From assembly GCA_964237245.1 (NCBI GenBank), contig CAXSHW010000014.1, forward strand, positions 297 to 61,551: 61,255 nt of DNA. Reading direction: 5' to 3'. Positions 1 to 9,151 of the stretch are shown piece by piece. A program made the translations under genes and the position numbers. The first letter of the stretch is position 1. Every line of letters begins with the position of its first letter. This DNA comes from an uncultured Pyrinomonadaceae bacterium. GTDB lineage: Bacteria; Acidobacteriota; Blastocatellia; Pyrinomonadales; Pyrinomonadaceae. The notes under the pieces are model-generated. The model saw only the letters and a list, made by a program, of their open reading frames with translations. It did no database searches and was not told the DNA's origin.

Positions 1-378
1 GCCAATCTGTTAAACGGTTTCGGCTCGTCAATCGCCGCTTTTGCGACCGATTTGGGCAAGCGAATGGACGACGTTGTGATTTTAACGATGTCGGAATTTG
101 GCAGAACCGCCCGCGAAAACGGCACGCGCGGCACCGACCACGGACACGCCAACCAGATGCTGATTCTGGGAAATTCGGTCAAAGGCGGAAAAGTTTACGG
201 CGACTGGAAAGGCTTGTCTAACGACAACCTTTACGAAGGACGCGATTTGGCTTTGACGACCGATTTCCGCGACGTTTTCGGCGAAATCGCTTACAGACAT
301 TTGAACAACAAAAACCTCGACAAAATCTTTCCCGGTTATACCGCAAGTCCGAGTAAATTTAGAGGTTTTTTGAGCTAA
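1..378 (+). CDS. DUF1501 (sulfatase-like) domain protein, C-terminal part; the 5' end lies outside the window
   Basis: Frame 1 is open from base 1. The C-terminal motif LTMSEFGRT..ENG.RGTDHGH is typical of DUF1501 proteins. A hairpin terminator follows. Confidence 0.75.
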   Translation, partial: ANLLNGFGSSIAAFATDLGKRMDDVVILTMSEFGRTARENGTRGTDHGHANQMLILGNSVKGGKVYGDWKGLSNDNLYEGRDLALTTDFRDVFGEIAYRHLNNKNLDKIFPGYTASPSKFRGFLS

Positions 379-400
379 ATCGCTTATCTTAAATTTATAA

Positions 401-437
401 AAAGGTCGTGTTTCATTTTATGAGATGCGACCTTTTT
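401..437 (+). terminator. Rho-independent terminator after the DUF1501 gene
   Basis: Stem aaaggtcg (401-408) pairs with cgaccttt (428-435), followed by a T-run. Confidence 0.6.
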
Positions 438-544
438 ATATTTTATAATTATTTGATAATCGTCTTTAATACAATTGTTTCAAAAAAAAGTTTAGGATAC
501 CTATGGCTTTCGGATTTTTAGCAGGAAATAATTTTGCCGCATTT

Positions 545-664
545 ACGCGGATAAACGCGGATGAGAAAAGATATGAATAAAGATTTTTATAAATTCAAAA
601 TAATTTTCGCAGATTCAAAAAAACAGTTGGCAATTTATCAAAAATCATCCGCGTTTATCCGTGT
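545..664. repeat. Inverted repeat with arms of CGCGGAT x2 at period 10 and an AT-rich loop of about 80 nt
   Basis: cggataaacgcggatga (548-564) is the exact reverse complement of tcatccgcgtttatccg (645-661). It extends to 20 bp with one G-U pair. CGCGGAT sits at 546 and 556. Confidence 0.85.
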
Positions 665-2930
665 AAATCTCTGGTTAATTTTCTTCTGCATTTCGATAAA
701 CGCTCAAACGCTCGCACCCGGCGCGCCCGGCAAAGACGCGCAATGGATGACTGCGGGAAAACAGGCGATTGGAACTTCGGCGAGTCTAGAATCGAAAGTC
801 TGGTTTACATTAGCCGAAGGCGCGATGACGGAAGTTTATTATCCGAATGTTACGGTGGCGAATGTTCATCTTTTGCAGTTTGTCGTCGTTAATGAGAAGA
901 CCAAAAAAGTTGAAACCGAGCAAGACGACGCAATTCACGAAGTAAAAGCAGATTCTGATTCACTTACTTTTACGCAAATCAACACAGCGAAATCCGGCGA
1001 ATGGAAAATCACGAAAACCTATACGATTGACAGCGAGCGAGACACGATTATTATTTGGGTTAGATTTAAGCCCAAAAAATATGAAGATAAATACAAACTT
1101 TATGTTTATTACGACCCGTCAATTAATAATAGCGGAATGCACGATTCTGCTTGGGTTGACGGCGGGTTGATAGCACAAGACGGAAATATCGCTTCCGCTT
1201 TAGTGACAGAAGAAAATTTAGGTGATGAATCACATCCACCATATTTTCAACGTTCAATTTCAAACGGTTTCTTTGGAGTAAATGATGGCTTGACCGAACT
1301 TAAAAAAAATAATGACGGTAGCTTTCAAGATTACTCCAGAGCGGAAAACGGAAATGTTATTCAATTTGCGCTCTTTAACGCTAAATATGGTATTGACGTG
1401 CCTTATTATAGCGATACTTTATATTTAGGTTTCGGAAAAACTCCAAAGGAAGCATTGAATAATGCACAAAATTCCAAAGCCAAAGGTTACAATAAATGTC
1501 TCGAAGAATACGAAAAAGGCTGGGCGGATTACGTAAAAACGATTCCGAAAGTGGAGGCGAAATATCAGGCGCAGTTTAATATGGCGGCGATGGTTTTGAA
1601 GGCGGGCGAAGATAAAACCGTGCGCGGCGCGAATGTGGCGAGTTTGACGATTCCCTGGGGCGGCGGGAAGAATGCGAACGAGGATGTCGGCGGCGGTTAT
1701 CATCTGGTTTGGTCGCGCGATTTGTATCAGGTTGTTACCGCGTATATGGCTTTGGGCGATATGGCGGCGGCGAATCGAGCGCTCGATTTTTTGTTCAATA
1801 TCCAGCAGAAACCGGACGGCAGTTTTCCGCAGAATTCGTGGCTCGACGGCAGATGCGGCTGGTGTTCGCTGCAACTCGATGAAGTTGCATATCCGCTGAT
1901 AATTGCTTATCAGTTGAAAAGATTTGATAAAGCGACGTATGAAAATCACGTCAAAAAAGCGGCGGATTTTCTCGTTAAAACCGGACCGAAAACCACGCAG
2001 GAACGCTGGGAAGAAAAACCGGGTTATTCGCCTTCGACGATTGCGGCGGAAATCGCGGGACTCGTTTGCGCGGCGGATATTGCGAAACGAAACGGCGATG
2101 AAACTTCAGCGAATTTATATCTAAAAACCGCCGACGAATGGGCAGCAAACGTCGAAAAATGGACGGCGACGACGAACGGCAAATTCGGCGACGGCAATTA
2201 TTACGTTCGCCTGACCGCGAACGGCAAACCCGACGCGGGCGAAAAAATCGAACTCAGCAATAGTTCGGGCGCATTTTTTGAGAACGAAATCGTGGACGCG
2301 GGATTTTTGGAACTTGTCCGTCTCGGCATCAAATCGCCCGACGATCCGCTGATTCAAAAATCGGTCAAAGTCGTGGACGAAGTTCTCAAAGTCAACACGC
2401 CGAACGGCGAATCTTTTTACCGCTACAACCACGACGGCTACGGCGAAATGGACGACGGACGGCGTTGGAATTTCGACGGCAAATATACCGGCAAAGGTCG
2501 GCTGTGGGCGTTATTGGCAGGCGAACGCGGACAATATGAATTAGCATTAGGAAATCGTATTAAAGAGAAGCACGATGAGGAATTAAAAACCAAGATTGAT
2601 ATAACGGAACAGGATGATCGTCCTGGATATCGAAGAATGGAACTTCTTAAAACTTCTAACGAACGTTTAGATTCAATGGCAAAATTCGCCAACGAAGGTC
2701 TGATGATTCCCGAACAAATTTGGGATAAAGCCGAAACGCCGAAAAATATAGACAAACAATTCGTTCCCGAACTGAAATTCGGCGAAGGCACGGGTTCGGC
2801 AACTCCGCTCGCGTGGTCAATGGCGCAGTTTATTCGCCTCGCCGTCAATTTACAGGCGGGCAAAAATCTCGAAACGCCCGACGTTGTTTATAATCGGTAT
2901 GTTTTGAGAAAGTGGGAAATACAAAAATAA
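561..2930 (+). CDS. GH15 glucoamylase / glucodextranase-like glycoside hydrolase, secreted
   Basis: 789-aa ORF. Motifs seen: GGYHLVWSRDLYQ, ERWEEKPGYSPSTIA and TPLAWSMAQFIRL, typical of bacterial glucoamylases. Signal peptide is LWLIFFCISINA-QT. The start is ambiguous: ATG 561, ATG 573 or TTG 627. Confidence 0.88.
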   Translation: MRKDMNKDFYKFKIIFADSKKQLAIYQKSSAFIRVNLWLIFFCISINAQTLAPGAPGKDAQWMTAGKQAIGTSASLESKVWFTLAEGAMTEVYYPNVTVANVHLLQFVVVNEKTKKVETEQDDAIHEVKADSDSLTFTQINTAKSGEWKITKTYTIDSERDTIIIWVRFKPKKYEDKYKLYVYYDPSINNSGMHDSAWVDGGLIAQDGNIASALVTEENLGDESHPPYFQRSISNGFFGVNDGLTELKKNNDGSFQDYSRAENGNVIQFALFNAKYGIDVPYYSDTLYLGFGKTPKEALNNAQNSKAKGYNKCLEEYEKGWADYVKTIPKVEAKYQAQFNMAAMVLKAGEDKTVRGANVASLTIPWGGGKNANEDVGGGYHLVWSRDLYQVVTAYMALGDMAAANRALDFLFNIQQKPDGSFPQNSWLDGRCGWCSLQLDEVAYPLIIAYQLKRFDKATYENHVKKAADFLVKTGPKTTQERWEEKPGYSPSTIAAEIAGLVCAADIAKRNGDETSANLYLKTADEWAANVEKWTATTNGKFGDGNYYVRLTANGKPDAGEKIELSNSSGAFFENEIVDAGFLELVRLGIKSPDDPLIQKSVKVVDEVLKVNTPNGESFYRYNHDGYGEMDDGRRWNFDGKYTGKGRLWALLAGERGQYELALGNRIKEKHDEELKTKIDITEQDDRPGYRRMELLKTSNERLDSMAKFANEGLMIPEQIWDKAETPKNIDKQFVPELKFGEGTGSATPLAWSMAQFIRLAVNLQAGKNLETPDVVYNRYVLRKWEIQK

Positions 2931-2934
2931 ATTT

Positions 2935-3105
2935 GTGTTTTATCTCAATATTGAAATGCTTGAAGACGCGGCGGACGACTGAAAAGCGGTTGAGATTTTA
3001 CGCGGCGAAGGTTTTGATGTAACTTACGAAGAACGCGAAACCGGACATAATTGGACGGCTTGGCGCGAAAGATTAGCCGATGCTTTTGCAGCTTTGTGGA
3101 AATGA
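2935..3105 (+). pseudogene. C-terminal remnant of an esterase-family (putative esterase / enterochelin-esterase-like) gene
   Basis: Frame 1 reads ..NIEMLEDAADD-TGA-KAVEILRGEGFDVTYEERETGHNWTAWRERLADAFAALWK-stop. This is the typical C-terminus of such esterases. The roughly 250 N-terminal codons are absent. Its stop overlaps the glk ATG (ATGA). Confidence 0.55.
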
Positions 3106-4067
3106 GCGAAATCGTGATTGCCGCCGATTTGGGCGGAACAAATTTGAGAATGGCGACAGTTGACCGAAGCGGCGCGATTTTGTATCGCGCGAATCCCGAA
3201 ACGCCGCGCGGAAAGAACGCGGACGAAATCGTTCGCCTAATTGCCGACAGCGCAGTCGAGTGCCAAAAAAACAGCTTCGATTCAAAGGCGCGAATAATTT
3301 CGGTAGCAGTTCCGGCAACAGTCAGCGCCGGACGCGGATTGATTTTTAAAGCTCCCAATCTGCCGGCTTTAGACAATTTTCAGATGGCTGCCGCGCTGGA
3401 AAGCGAACTCGGCATCAAATCAATTCTTGAAAATGACGCGAATGCCGCAGCAGTCGGAGAAAATTGGCTCGGCGCTTCAAAAGGATTTGAAAGCTCAATT
3501 TGCGTAACGCTCGGCACAGGTGTCGGCGGCGGAATCATTATCGGCGGTAAAATTTTGCGCGGGCGCGACGGAACAGCCGGAGAAATCGGTCATATATGTG
3601 TCGAACCGTGCGGCGCGCCGTGCGGCTGCGGTTCGCAAGGCTGCGTCGAGCAGTATTCTTCGGCGAAAGGAATCGTTCGTATGACAGAAGAGTTGGAAGC
3701 GCGATTTCCGAAGTCCGGTTTGAAACTAAATCCGAAATTGACCGCGTTCGACGTTTATCGAGCGGGAACGGAGGGCGACGAACTCGCGCTTGCGGTTTTT
3801 GAGAAAATGGGGGTTTATCTCGGCATAGCGTTGTCGGATTTAATTAATGTTTTGAACCCGGAGACAATCGTTATCGGCGGCGGAGTGTCTGCCGGCTGGA
3901 AACTTTTTTTGCCGCATTTGAAAAAAACGATTTGCAGGCGGGCATACCGCGAACCGGCGACGCGAGCGCGGATTTCGCCTGCCGCTTTGGGCGACGATGC
4001 CGGAATAATCGGCGCGGCGCGACTCGCTTTTGATACGTTGGCGAGCGATCTCAGCTGCGCGATTTAA
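3102..4067 (+). CDS. glk: ROK-family glucokinase
   Basis: N-terminal ADLGGTNLR motif, ROK signature and zinc motif CGCGSQGCVEQY. ATG 3102 was chosen (MSEIVIAADLGG); the upstream part of the ORF track belongs to the esterase remnant. Confidence 0.85.
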   Translation: MSEIVIAADLGGTNLRMATVDRSGAILYRANPETPRGKNADEIVRLIADSAVECQKNSFDSKARIISVAVPATVSAGRGLIFKAPNLPALDNFQMAAALESELGIKSILENDANAAAVGENWLGASKGFESSICVTLGTGVGGGIIIGGKILRGRDGTAGEIGHICVEPCGAPCGCGSQGCVEQYSSAKGIVRMTEELEARFPKSGLKLNPKLTAFDVYRAGTEGDELALAVFEKMGVYLGIALSDLINVLNPETIVIGGGVSAGWKLFLPHLKKTICRRAYREPATRARISPAALGDDAGIIGAARLAFDTLASDLSCAI

Positions 4068-4252
4068 TGTTGTCGGCAAACGAAACGATTTGCGCGGGCG
4101 GAAAATTTGACAAAGATAAGCCGGTTGACGAACGCATCTTAAAACTGCTCAAAACAGAATGAAACGATTCATTTCTTTCTGAATACTTGTTAGGTTATAT
4201 TCACTGAATACCTTTTTGTGAAAACTTTGTAATTTTGGAGATTGATAAGCGA

Positions 4253-5464
4253 ATGATGAATTTGTCAACCGTTACAGTCGAACCCGAAGCCTTAAATCCG
4301 GCTAAAACGACTAGAATGCTGCTTCGTCTGATTCGCGGATTGCAGCCGATTCCGCGAATTGAAATCGCCAGGCGATTAAACGTCAATCGCAGCACGATAA
4401 CCGATATTGTCAAACCTCTGATTAACAGCGGCATTATCCGCGAAGAAGCATATTTGCCGGACGGCGCGAGTCGGGCGCAGGGACGACCGCCGATTGGTCT
4501 GTGTTTTAACGACGGCGAGGATTTTTTTGTCGGCTTGAATCTGGGCGTGCGGCACACGCAAGTCGGTCTGGCGACAATCAGCGGCGAAATTTTGGCGGAA
4601 GAAGAATTTGAAACGCCGTCAGCGCCGAAAGACGCTTTGAAAACGGCGCGAAAAAAAATTGAAAGTCTGTGCGCCGACGTGCGCGGACGCCGCTTGCGAA
4701 CCATCGGCGTCAGTGTTCCGGGTCCGACCGACGCGACGCGCCGACGATTGCTCTACGCTCCGCATCTCGGCTGGTCTAACGTCGAAATCGCCGACGCTCT
4801 GGCTTTCGATGAAATTCCGGTCGTCGTCGAAAACGACGCGACGGCGGCAGCGATTTTTGAATCTCGAATGAAGCTAAGTCACTCGATTGACAATTTATTC
4901 GACAATTTTATTCTTGTCCGGTCGGGAACGGGAATCGGCGTCGGACTCGTAATGGACGGCGAAATTTATCGCGGCACGGGACGCGGGCAAGGATTTGCCG
5001 GAGAATTCGGGCATATGACGATTGTGGCGGGCGGCAAACCGTGCGCTTGCGGCAATCGCGGCTGCTGGGAAAAATATGCGTCGGCTTCCTCGGCGGCTTC
5101 GCTTTACACGGGCGACCGCGCCGCTTTTGAAGGCTCGAAAATGCCGCGCTTTGTCGAAATCGTTGCGCGAGCCGAAGCCGGCGAAATTAAAGCCAGAAGA
5201 ACGCTCGAAAAAATCGGCGAATATCTCGGCATCGGCATCGCCAACGTCATAATGGGCATCGGCGTTCAACAGGTCATCGTCAGCGGACGGCTTGTTTACG
5301 GCTGGAAATACATTAACAATCCGCTGCGCGACGCCATCAAGCGAAGCATCGTCGGAAAAATTCCCGGTTGGACAGTCGAATGCGGAGAGCCGAAAGGCTC
5401 GGCTCTCGGCGGCGCTTTGGAAGTTGCGGTAGAAGAATATATCGCAAACGGATTGATGGTTTGA
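4253..5464 (+). CDS. ROK-family transcriptional regulator (NagC/XylR/Mlc type)
   Basis: N-terminal winged HTH (RIEIARRLNVNRSTITDIVKPLINSGII) plus a ROK domain with CACGNRGCWE. ATG 4253 has GGAG 12 nt upstream. The ORF track starts at TTG 4235. Confidence 0.85.
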   Translation: MMNLSTVTVEPEALNPAKTTRMLLRLIRGLQPIPRIEIARRLNVNRSTITDIVKPLINSGIIREEAYLPDGASRAQGRPPIGLCFNDGEDFFVGLNLGVRHTQVGLATISGEILAEEEFETPSAPKDALKTARKKIESLCADVRGRRLRTIGVSVPGPTDATRRRLLYAPHLGWSNVEIADALAFDEIPVVVENDATAAAIFESRMKLSHSIDNLFDNFILVRSGTGIGVGLVMDGEIYRGTGRGQGFAGEFGHMTIVAGGKPCACGNRGCWEKYASASSAASLYTGDRAAFEGSKMPRFVEIVARAEAGEIKARRTLEKIGEYLGIGIANVIMGIGVQQVIVSGRLVYGWKYINNPLRDAIKRSIVGKIPGWTVECGEPKGSALGGALEVAVEEYIANGLMV

Positions 5465-5549
5465 AAATCTACTTTTATCCAGCAAGTTTCAGTTCGGATT
5501 ACTGTTTATAATTTACGCATTCTCCGCTTATTTTTGTTATTCTTTTTTC

Positions 5550-6260
5550 GTGTTTAAAACGCGCAGCTATAAACTCGAAAGAATTGACACAGGCGATTAT
5601 ACGCCGGAAGAATACGAGCGCTTTCTGCGCGAAATCAGATTTATCAATCGTTTTCTGGGCGACGTTTGGGCGCTCGAAAAAACGCTTCTTCGTGAAATCG
5701 AAAAATCGAATTTACAAGAATTTTCCGTTCTCGATGTCGGCGCGGGTTCGGGCGAATTTCTTCGCGTGATTGCAAAATTCGCCCGAAAACAAACGCGCGA
5801 ATCGAATCTTTACGGCTTGGAACTCAACGCGCGTTCGGCTGGTTCGATTTTGGAAGAATCAAAAGAATTCCCGCAAATAAAATCCGTTCGCGGCGACGCT
5901 TTTGTTTTGCCGTTTGCCGACGAATCGTTCGATTTTGCGATTTGCTCACTTTTCACGCATCATTTCACAGACGAAAACGTCGTCCGAATTCTCAAAGAAA
6001 TGCGGCGTGTTTCGCGCCGTAAAATCTACGTCATTGATTTGCACCGCAACGAAAACGCTTATCGCGCATACAAAATTTTCTGCGCGATTTTCCGCATCAG
6101 CCCGCTCGTCCGTGAAGACGGTTTGCTTTCAATCAAGCGTTCTTTCGTCCAGCCGGAACTCGAAAAACTCGCCGCCGAAGCTGAATTAAAATCAATTTCC
6201 GTCAGCGAACATTTTCCGGCGCGACTTGTTTTGCAGGCAAATGTTTCGGAAAAATTGTGA
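5550..6260 (+). CDS. Class I SAM-dependent methyltransferase
   Basis: SAM-binding motif VLDVGAGSGEF and a type-11 methyltransferase layout. The start is GTG. Confidence 0.8.
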   Translation: MFKTRSYKLERIDTGDYTPEEYERFLREIRFINRFLGDVWALEKTLLREIEKSNLQEFSVLDVGAGSGEFLRVIAKFARKQTRESNLYGLELNARSAGSILEESKEFPQIKSVRGDAFVLPFADESFDFAICSLFTHHFTDENVVRILKEMRRVSRRKIYVIDLHRNENAYRAYKIFCAIFRISPLVREDGLLSIKRSFVQPELEKLAAEAELKSISVSEHFPARLVLQANVSEKL

Positions 6261-6282
6261 TAAATTAAGTTGTAAATTGCAG

Positions 6283-7650
6283 ATGACAAATTCAATTTTA
6301 ATCGTTGACGACGAGCGCGGGATTCGTGAAACGCTGCGCAGCGTTTTGGAGGACGAAGGTTTTGAAGTCGAAACCGTAGCGTCGGGCGAAGCGTGTCTGA
6401 AGGCGATTGAGACGTTTAATTTTCATTGCGTTTTGCTCGACGTTTGGCTGCCGAATATTGATGGACTTGAAACTTTGAAGCGTCTGCGCGAATCGGGCAG
6501 CGATTCAGCCGTCGTAATGATCTCCGGTCACGGCAACATCGAAACCGCTGTCAACGCCACAAAACTCGGCGCGTTTGATTTTATCGAAAAGCCTCTGTCA
6601 ATCGAAAAAACCGTTCTCACAATCAGAAACGCGATTCGCACGAGAGAACTCGAAAGAGTCAATCGAAATTTAGCCGAACAGCTTAGTCAGGAATATGAAA
6701 TGGTCGGCGATTCAATTGCGATGCGTGCGCTGCGTAAGCAAATTGCGATTGTCGCGCCGACCGACGGGCGCGTTTTGATTTCGGGCGAATCAGGCACGGG
6801 AAAAGAGCTTGTGGCGCGCGCGATTCACGCCAAATCTAAAAGGCGAAACGCGCCGTTCGTCGAGATTAATTCCGCCGCGATTCCCGAAGATTTAGTCGAA
6901 TCCGAACTTTTCGGACACGCTAAAGGAGCTTTTTCCGGCGCGACGGCGGCGAAAAAAGGAAAGTTTGAAATTGCCGACGGCGCGACGATTTTTCTCGACG
7001 AAATCGGCGATATGTCGCCGCGCGTGCAGGCGAAAATGCTGCGCGTTCTCGAAGAGCAGAGATTTGAGCCGGTCGGCAGCAACACGCCCGTAAAGGTTGA
7101 TATTCGCGTGATTTCCGCAACTAACAAACGACTCGACGGTTTGATTGAAGACGGCGATTTTCGCGCCGATTTATTTTATCGCCTGAATGTTATTCCGTTT
7201 CAGGTTCCGCCTTTGCGCGAACGCCTCGAAGACGTTCCGCTTCTGGTCGAACATTTTAACCTCAAATTTTCGTTCGACTACGGTAAAAAGCCAAAAATAT
7301 TTACGGCGGAAGCAATCGGCGCGTTGCAGAATTACGTCTGGCTCGGCAACGTGCGCGAGCTTCGCAACACGATTGAGCGCGTCGTGATTATGCACGGCAA
7401 ACAAAAAGTTACGGCGGATGACTTACCCGAACTCGACCCAAAAAAAGAAACGCCCGCCGCGAGTTTTCGTTTTCCGTCGTTTAAGGAAGCGAACGACGCC
7501 TATCAGCGCGAATTTATCCTGCATAAATTGTCGGAATTTGACGGCAATGTCTCGAAAGCGGCTGACGCGATGGGCGTTGACCGCAGCCATCTTTACAGGC
7601 GAATGAAAAATTTGGGAATCAGCGTTGAAAAAGGGAAAGCGGAAATTTAA
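6283..7650 (+). CDS. Sigma54-dependent response regulator (NtrC family)
   Basis: REC domain (ILIVDDERG..LLDVWLP), AAA+ sigma54-interaction domain ([14 protein letters not shown] loop, ELRN) and a C-terminal Fis-type HTH. ATG 6283 (MTNSILIVDD). No cognate kinase is adjacent. Confidence 0.9.
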   Translation: MTNSILIVDDERGIRETLRSVLEDEGFEVETVASGEACLKAIETFNFHCVLLDVWLPNIDGLETLKRLRESGSDSAVVMISGHGNIETAVNATKLGAFDFIEKPLSIEKTVLTIRNAIRTRELERVNRNLAEQLSQEYEMVGDSIAMRALRKQIAIVAPTDGRVLISGESGTGKELVARAIHAKSKRRNAPFVEINSAAIPEDLVESELFGHAKGAFSGATAAKKGKFEIADGATIFLDEIGDMSPRVQAKMLRVLEEQRFEPVGSNTPVKVDIRVISATNKRLDGLIEDGDFRADLFYRLNVIPFQVPPLRERLEDVPLLVEHFNLKFSFDYGKKPKIFTAEAIGALQNYVWLGNVRELRNTIERVVIMHGKQKVTADDLPELDPKKETPAASFRFPSFKEANDAYQREFILHKLSEFDGNVSKAADAMGVDRSHLYRRMKNLGISVEKGKAEI

Positions 7651-7764
7651 ATTTTGAGGTATTGCGAAGCAAAACTATAAAAATCTTAAATTTACACTTT
7701 CCCTTTGATTAATTTAATCAGCCGCGAAATTTACAATCGGCAAATTTATCATCGTCCGACGAAT

Positions 7765-8838
7765 TTATTTCCCGAAAACTAAAATCACAAAACTGTTCGG
7801 CACTATTGCCGGACGCGGACGCGGACGTTCCGCCGTCGGCGCGGGCGTTTCGCCGAATTGCGCGGTCGCCAAATAAATTTTTCCGGTTTTAGCGTCGAGC
7901 GTCATCGTGCGCGCGCCGCGCTGAGTTTGAACGTTTTCGACCACGCTGAATTTATCGGCTGAATCTTCGTGGACGACTGTCAGCGTTCCTTCGCCGTTTG
8001 AAGCGAATGCAAGGCGTGTTTTCGTGTCAAATCCGGCGGCGTCCGTGCCGTTCCCGGTCGGTAAATCAGCCACGACTTTGCCCGTGTCAGCATTCAGAAC
8101 AATCATTTTCTTGTTGCTGCAAACGAGAAATAAGCGGCGTGTTTTCGCATCGAAAGCCATTCCCGAAGGCTCTTCGCCGGGCGCGATTGACCAATGCGTT
8201 TTTGCTGTTAAATTCCGCGAATCAATCGGAACGACTTCGGATTTATCTTCGATATTGACGAAAACCGTTCCTTTTCCGTCCGAAGCCGCAAATTCCGGTT
8301 TGCCGCCGAGAGCGATTGTTCCGGCAACTTTTCCGCTTGCCGCGTCAATCGCGGTCGCGTCGGAACTGCCGCCGTTAAAAGTGAATACTCGTTTGCTCGC
8401 CGCGTCATAAATAATCGCGTCGGGATTTTTGCCGACCTTAACAGTATCGAGCGTTTTTAAGGTTTTTAAATCGAAAATCGTTACCGTATTATCGCGCCCG
8501 TCGCTGACGAAACCGCGTCCCAAATTTTCGGCGACGGCAATGCCGTGAACGCCGTTAGTGTTCGGAATCTCGCCGATTATCGTATCTTTATCGGTATCAA
8601 TGACGACGACTTTTGTCGCGTGCGAAACATAAAGCCGGTGCGCGTCCGCGTCGGCAAACAGATAATCCCAGCCGCCTTCGCCGCCGACCTGAATTTTTTC
8701 GAGCAAATGATAACCGCTCGCCGATAGCGTTTTATCGGCGGATGTCTGCGCCTTGCAAGTTATCAATGCAAAGACAGCGAGAAAAAGAAGCGCAAAAAAT
8801 TGTTCAGTTAAAGTTTTCATAATTTTTGTCTTTGTCAT
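7765..8838 (-). CDS. YncE-like / YVTN-repeat seven-bladed beta-propeller protein, secreted
   Basis: Signal peptide, then repeated about 40-residue units of the pattern ..G..P.GIA......VYV.N...N.VSVID. Confidence 0.8.
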   Translation of the reverse strand: MTKTKIMKTLTEQFFALLFLAVFALITCKAQTSADKTLSASGYHLLEKIQVGGEGGWDYLFADADAHRLYVSHATKVVVIDTDKDTIIGEIPNTNGVHGIAVAENLGRGFVSDGRDNTVTIFDLKTLKTLDTVKVGKNPDAIIYDAASKRVFTFNGGSSDATAIDAASGKVAGTIALGGKPEFAASDGKGTVFVNIEDKSEVVPIDSRNLTAKTHWSIAPGEEPSGMAFDAKTRRLFLVCSNKKMIVLNADTGKVVADLPTGNGTDAAGFDTKTRLAFASNGEGTLTVVHEDSADKFSVVENVQTQRGARTMTLDAKTGKIYLATAQFGETPAPTAERPRPRPAIVPNSFVILVFGK

Positions 8839-9151
8839 AAGAGAAGTTTGATTTCAGTTTTCCGAATCAAAAGTTTCGGGCAATAATTTTTGGAAACGTC
8901 AGACGATAAATAATTTGTAACCGTATAGATTTATCTTACGCCGCAAGGCTCGAATCGTCTATTTTACAACCGAAAATCCGAAATTTATTTTCCCGTTTTT
9001 CTTTTCCGCAAACTTGCAACTATTTATTTCAGCGTTTGCCTTTTTCTGCTATACTGAAATCCTATTTTGCAACTTTGGCGAATTACGAATCGTAAAGGTT
9101 GGTCGTCGGGTTCTTTTAGACACAAATTTTTAGGGAGCGATAGATAAGACG

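Noticed and set aside
2980-2982. The in-frame TGA in the esterase-like frame as a selenocysteine codon, considered because selB is in the window.
   Set aside because: No redox Cys/Sec motif surrounds it. The N-terminal three quarters of the gene are missing. selB itself is disrupted. A nonsense mutation in a gene remnant is the simpler explanation.
9020-9151. A sigma54 promoter upstream of pspA, as in E. coli.
   Set aside because: No GG-N10-GC element with TGGCAC/TTGC character is present. Only a weak sigma70-like TTTCAG-17-TATACT is visible.
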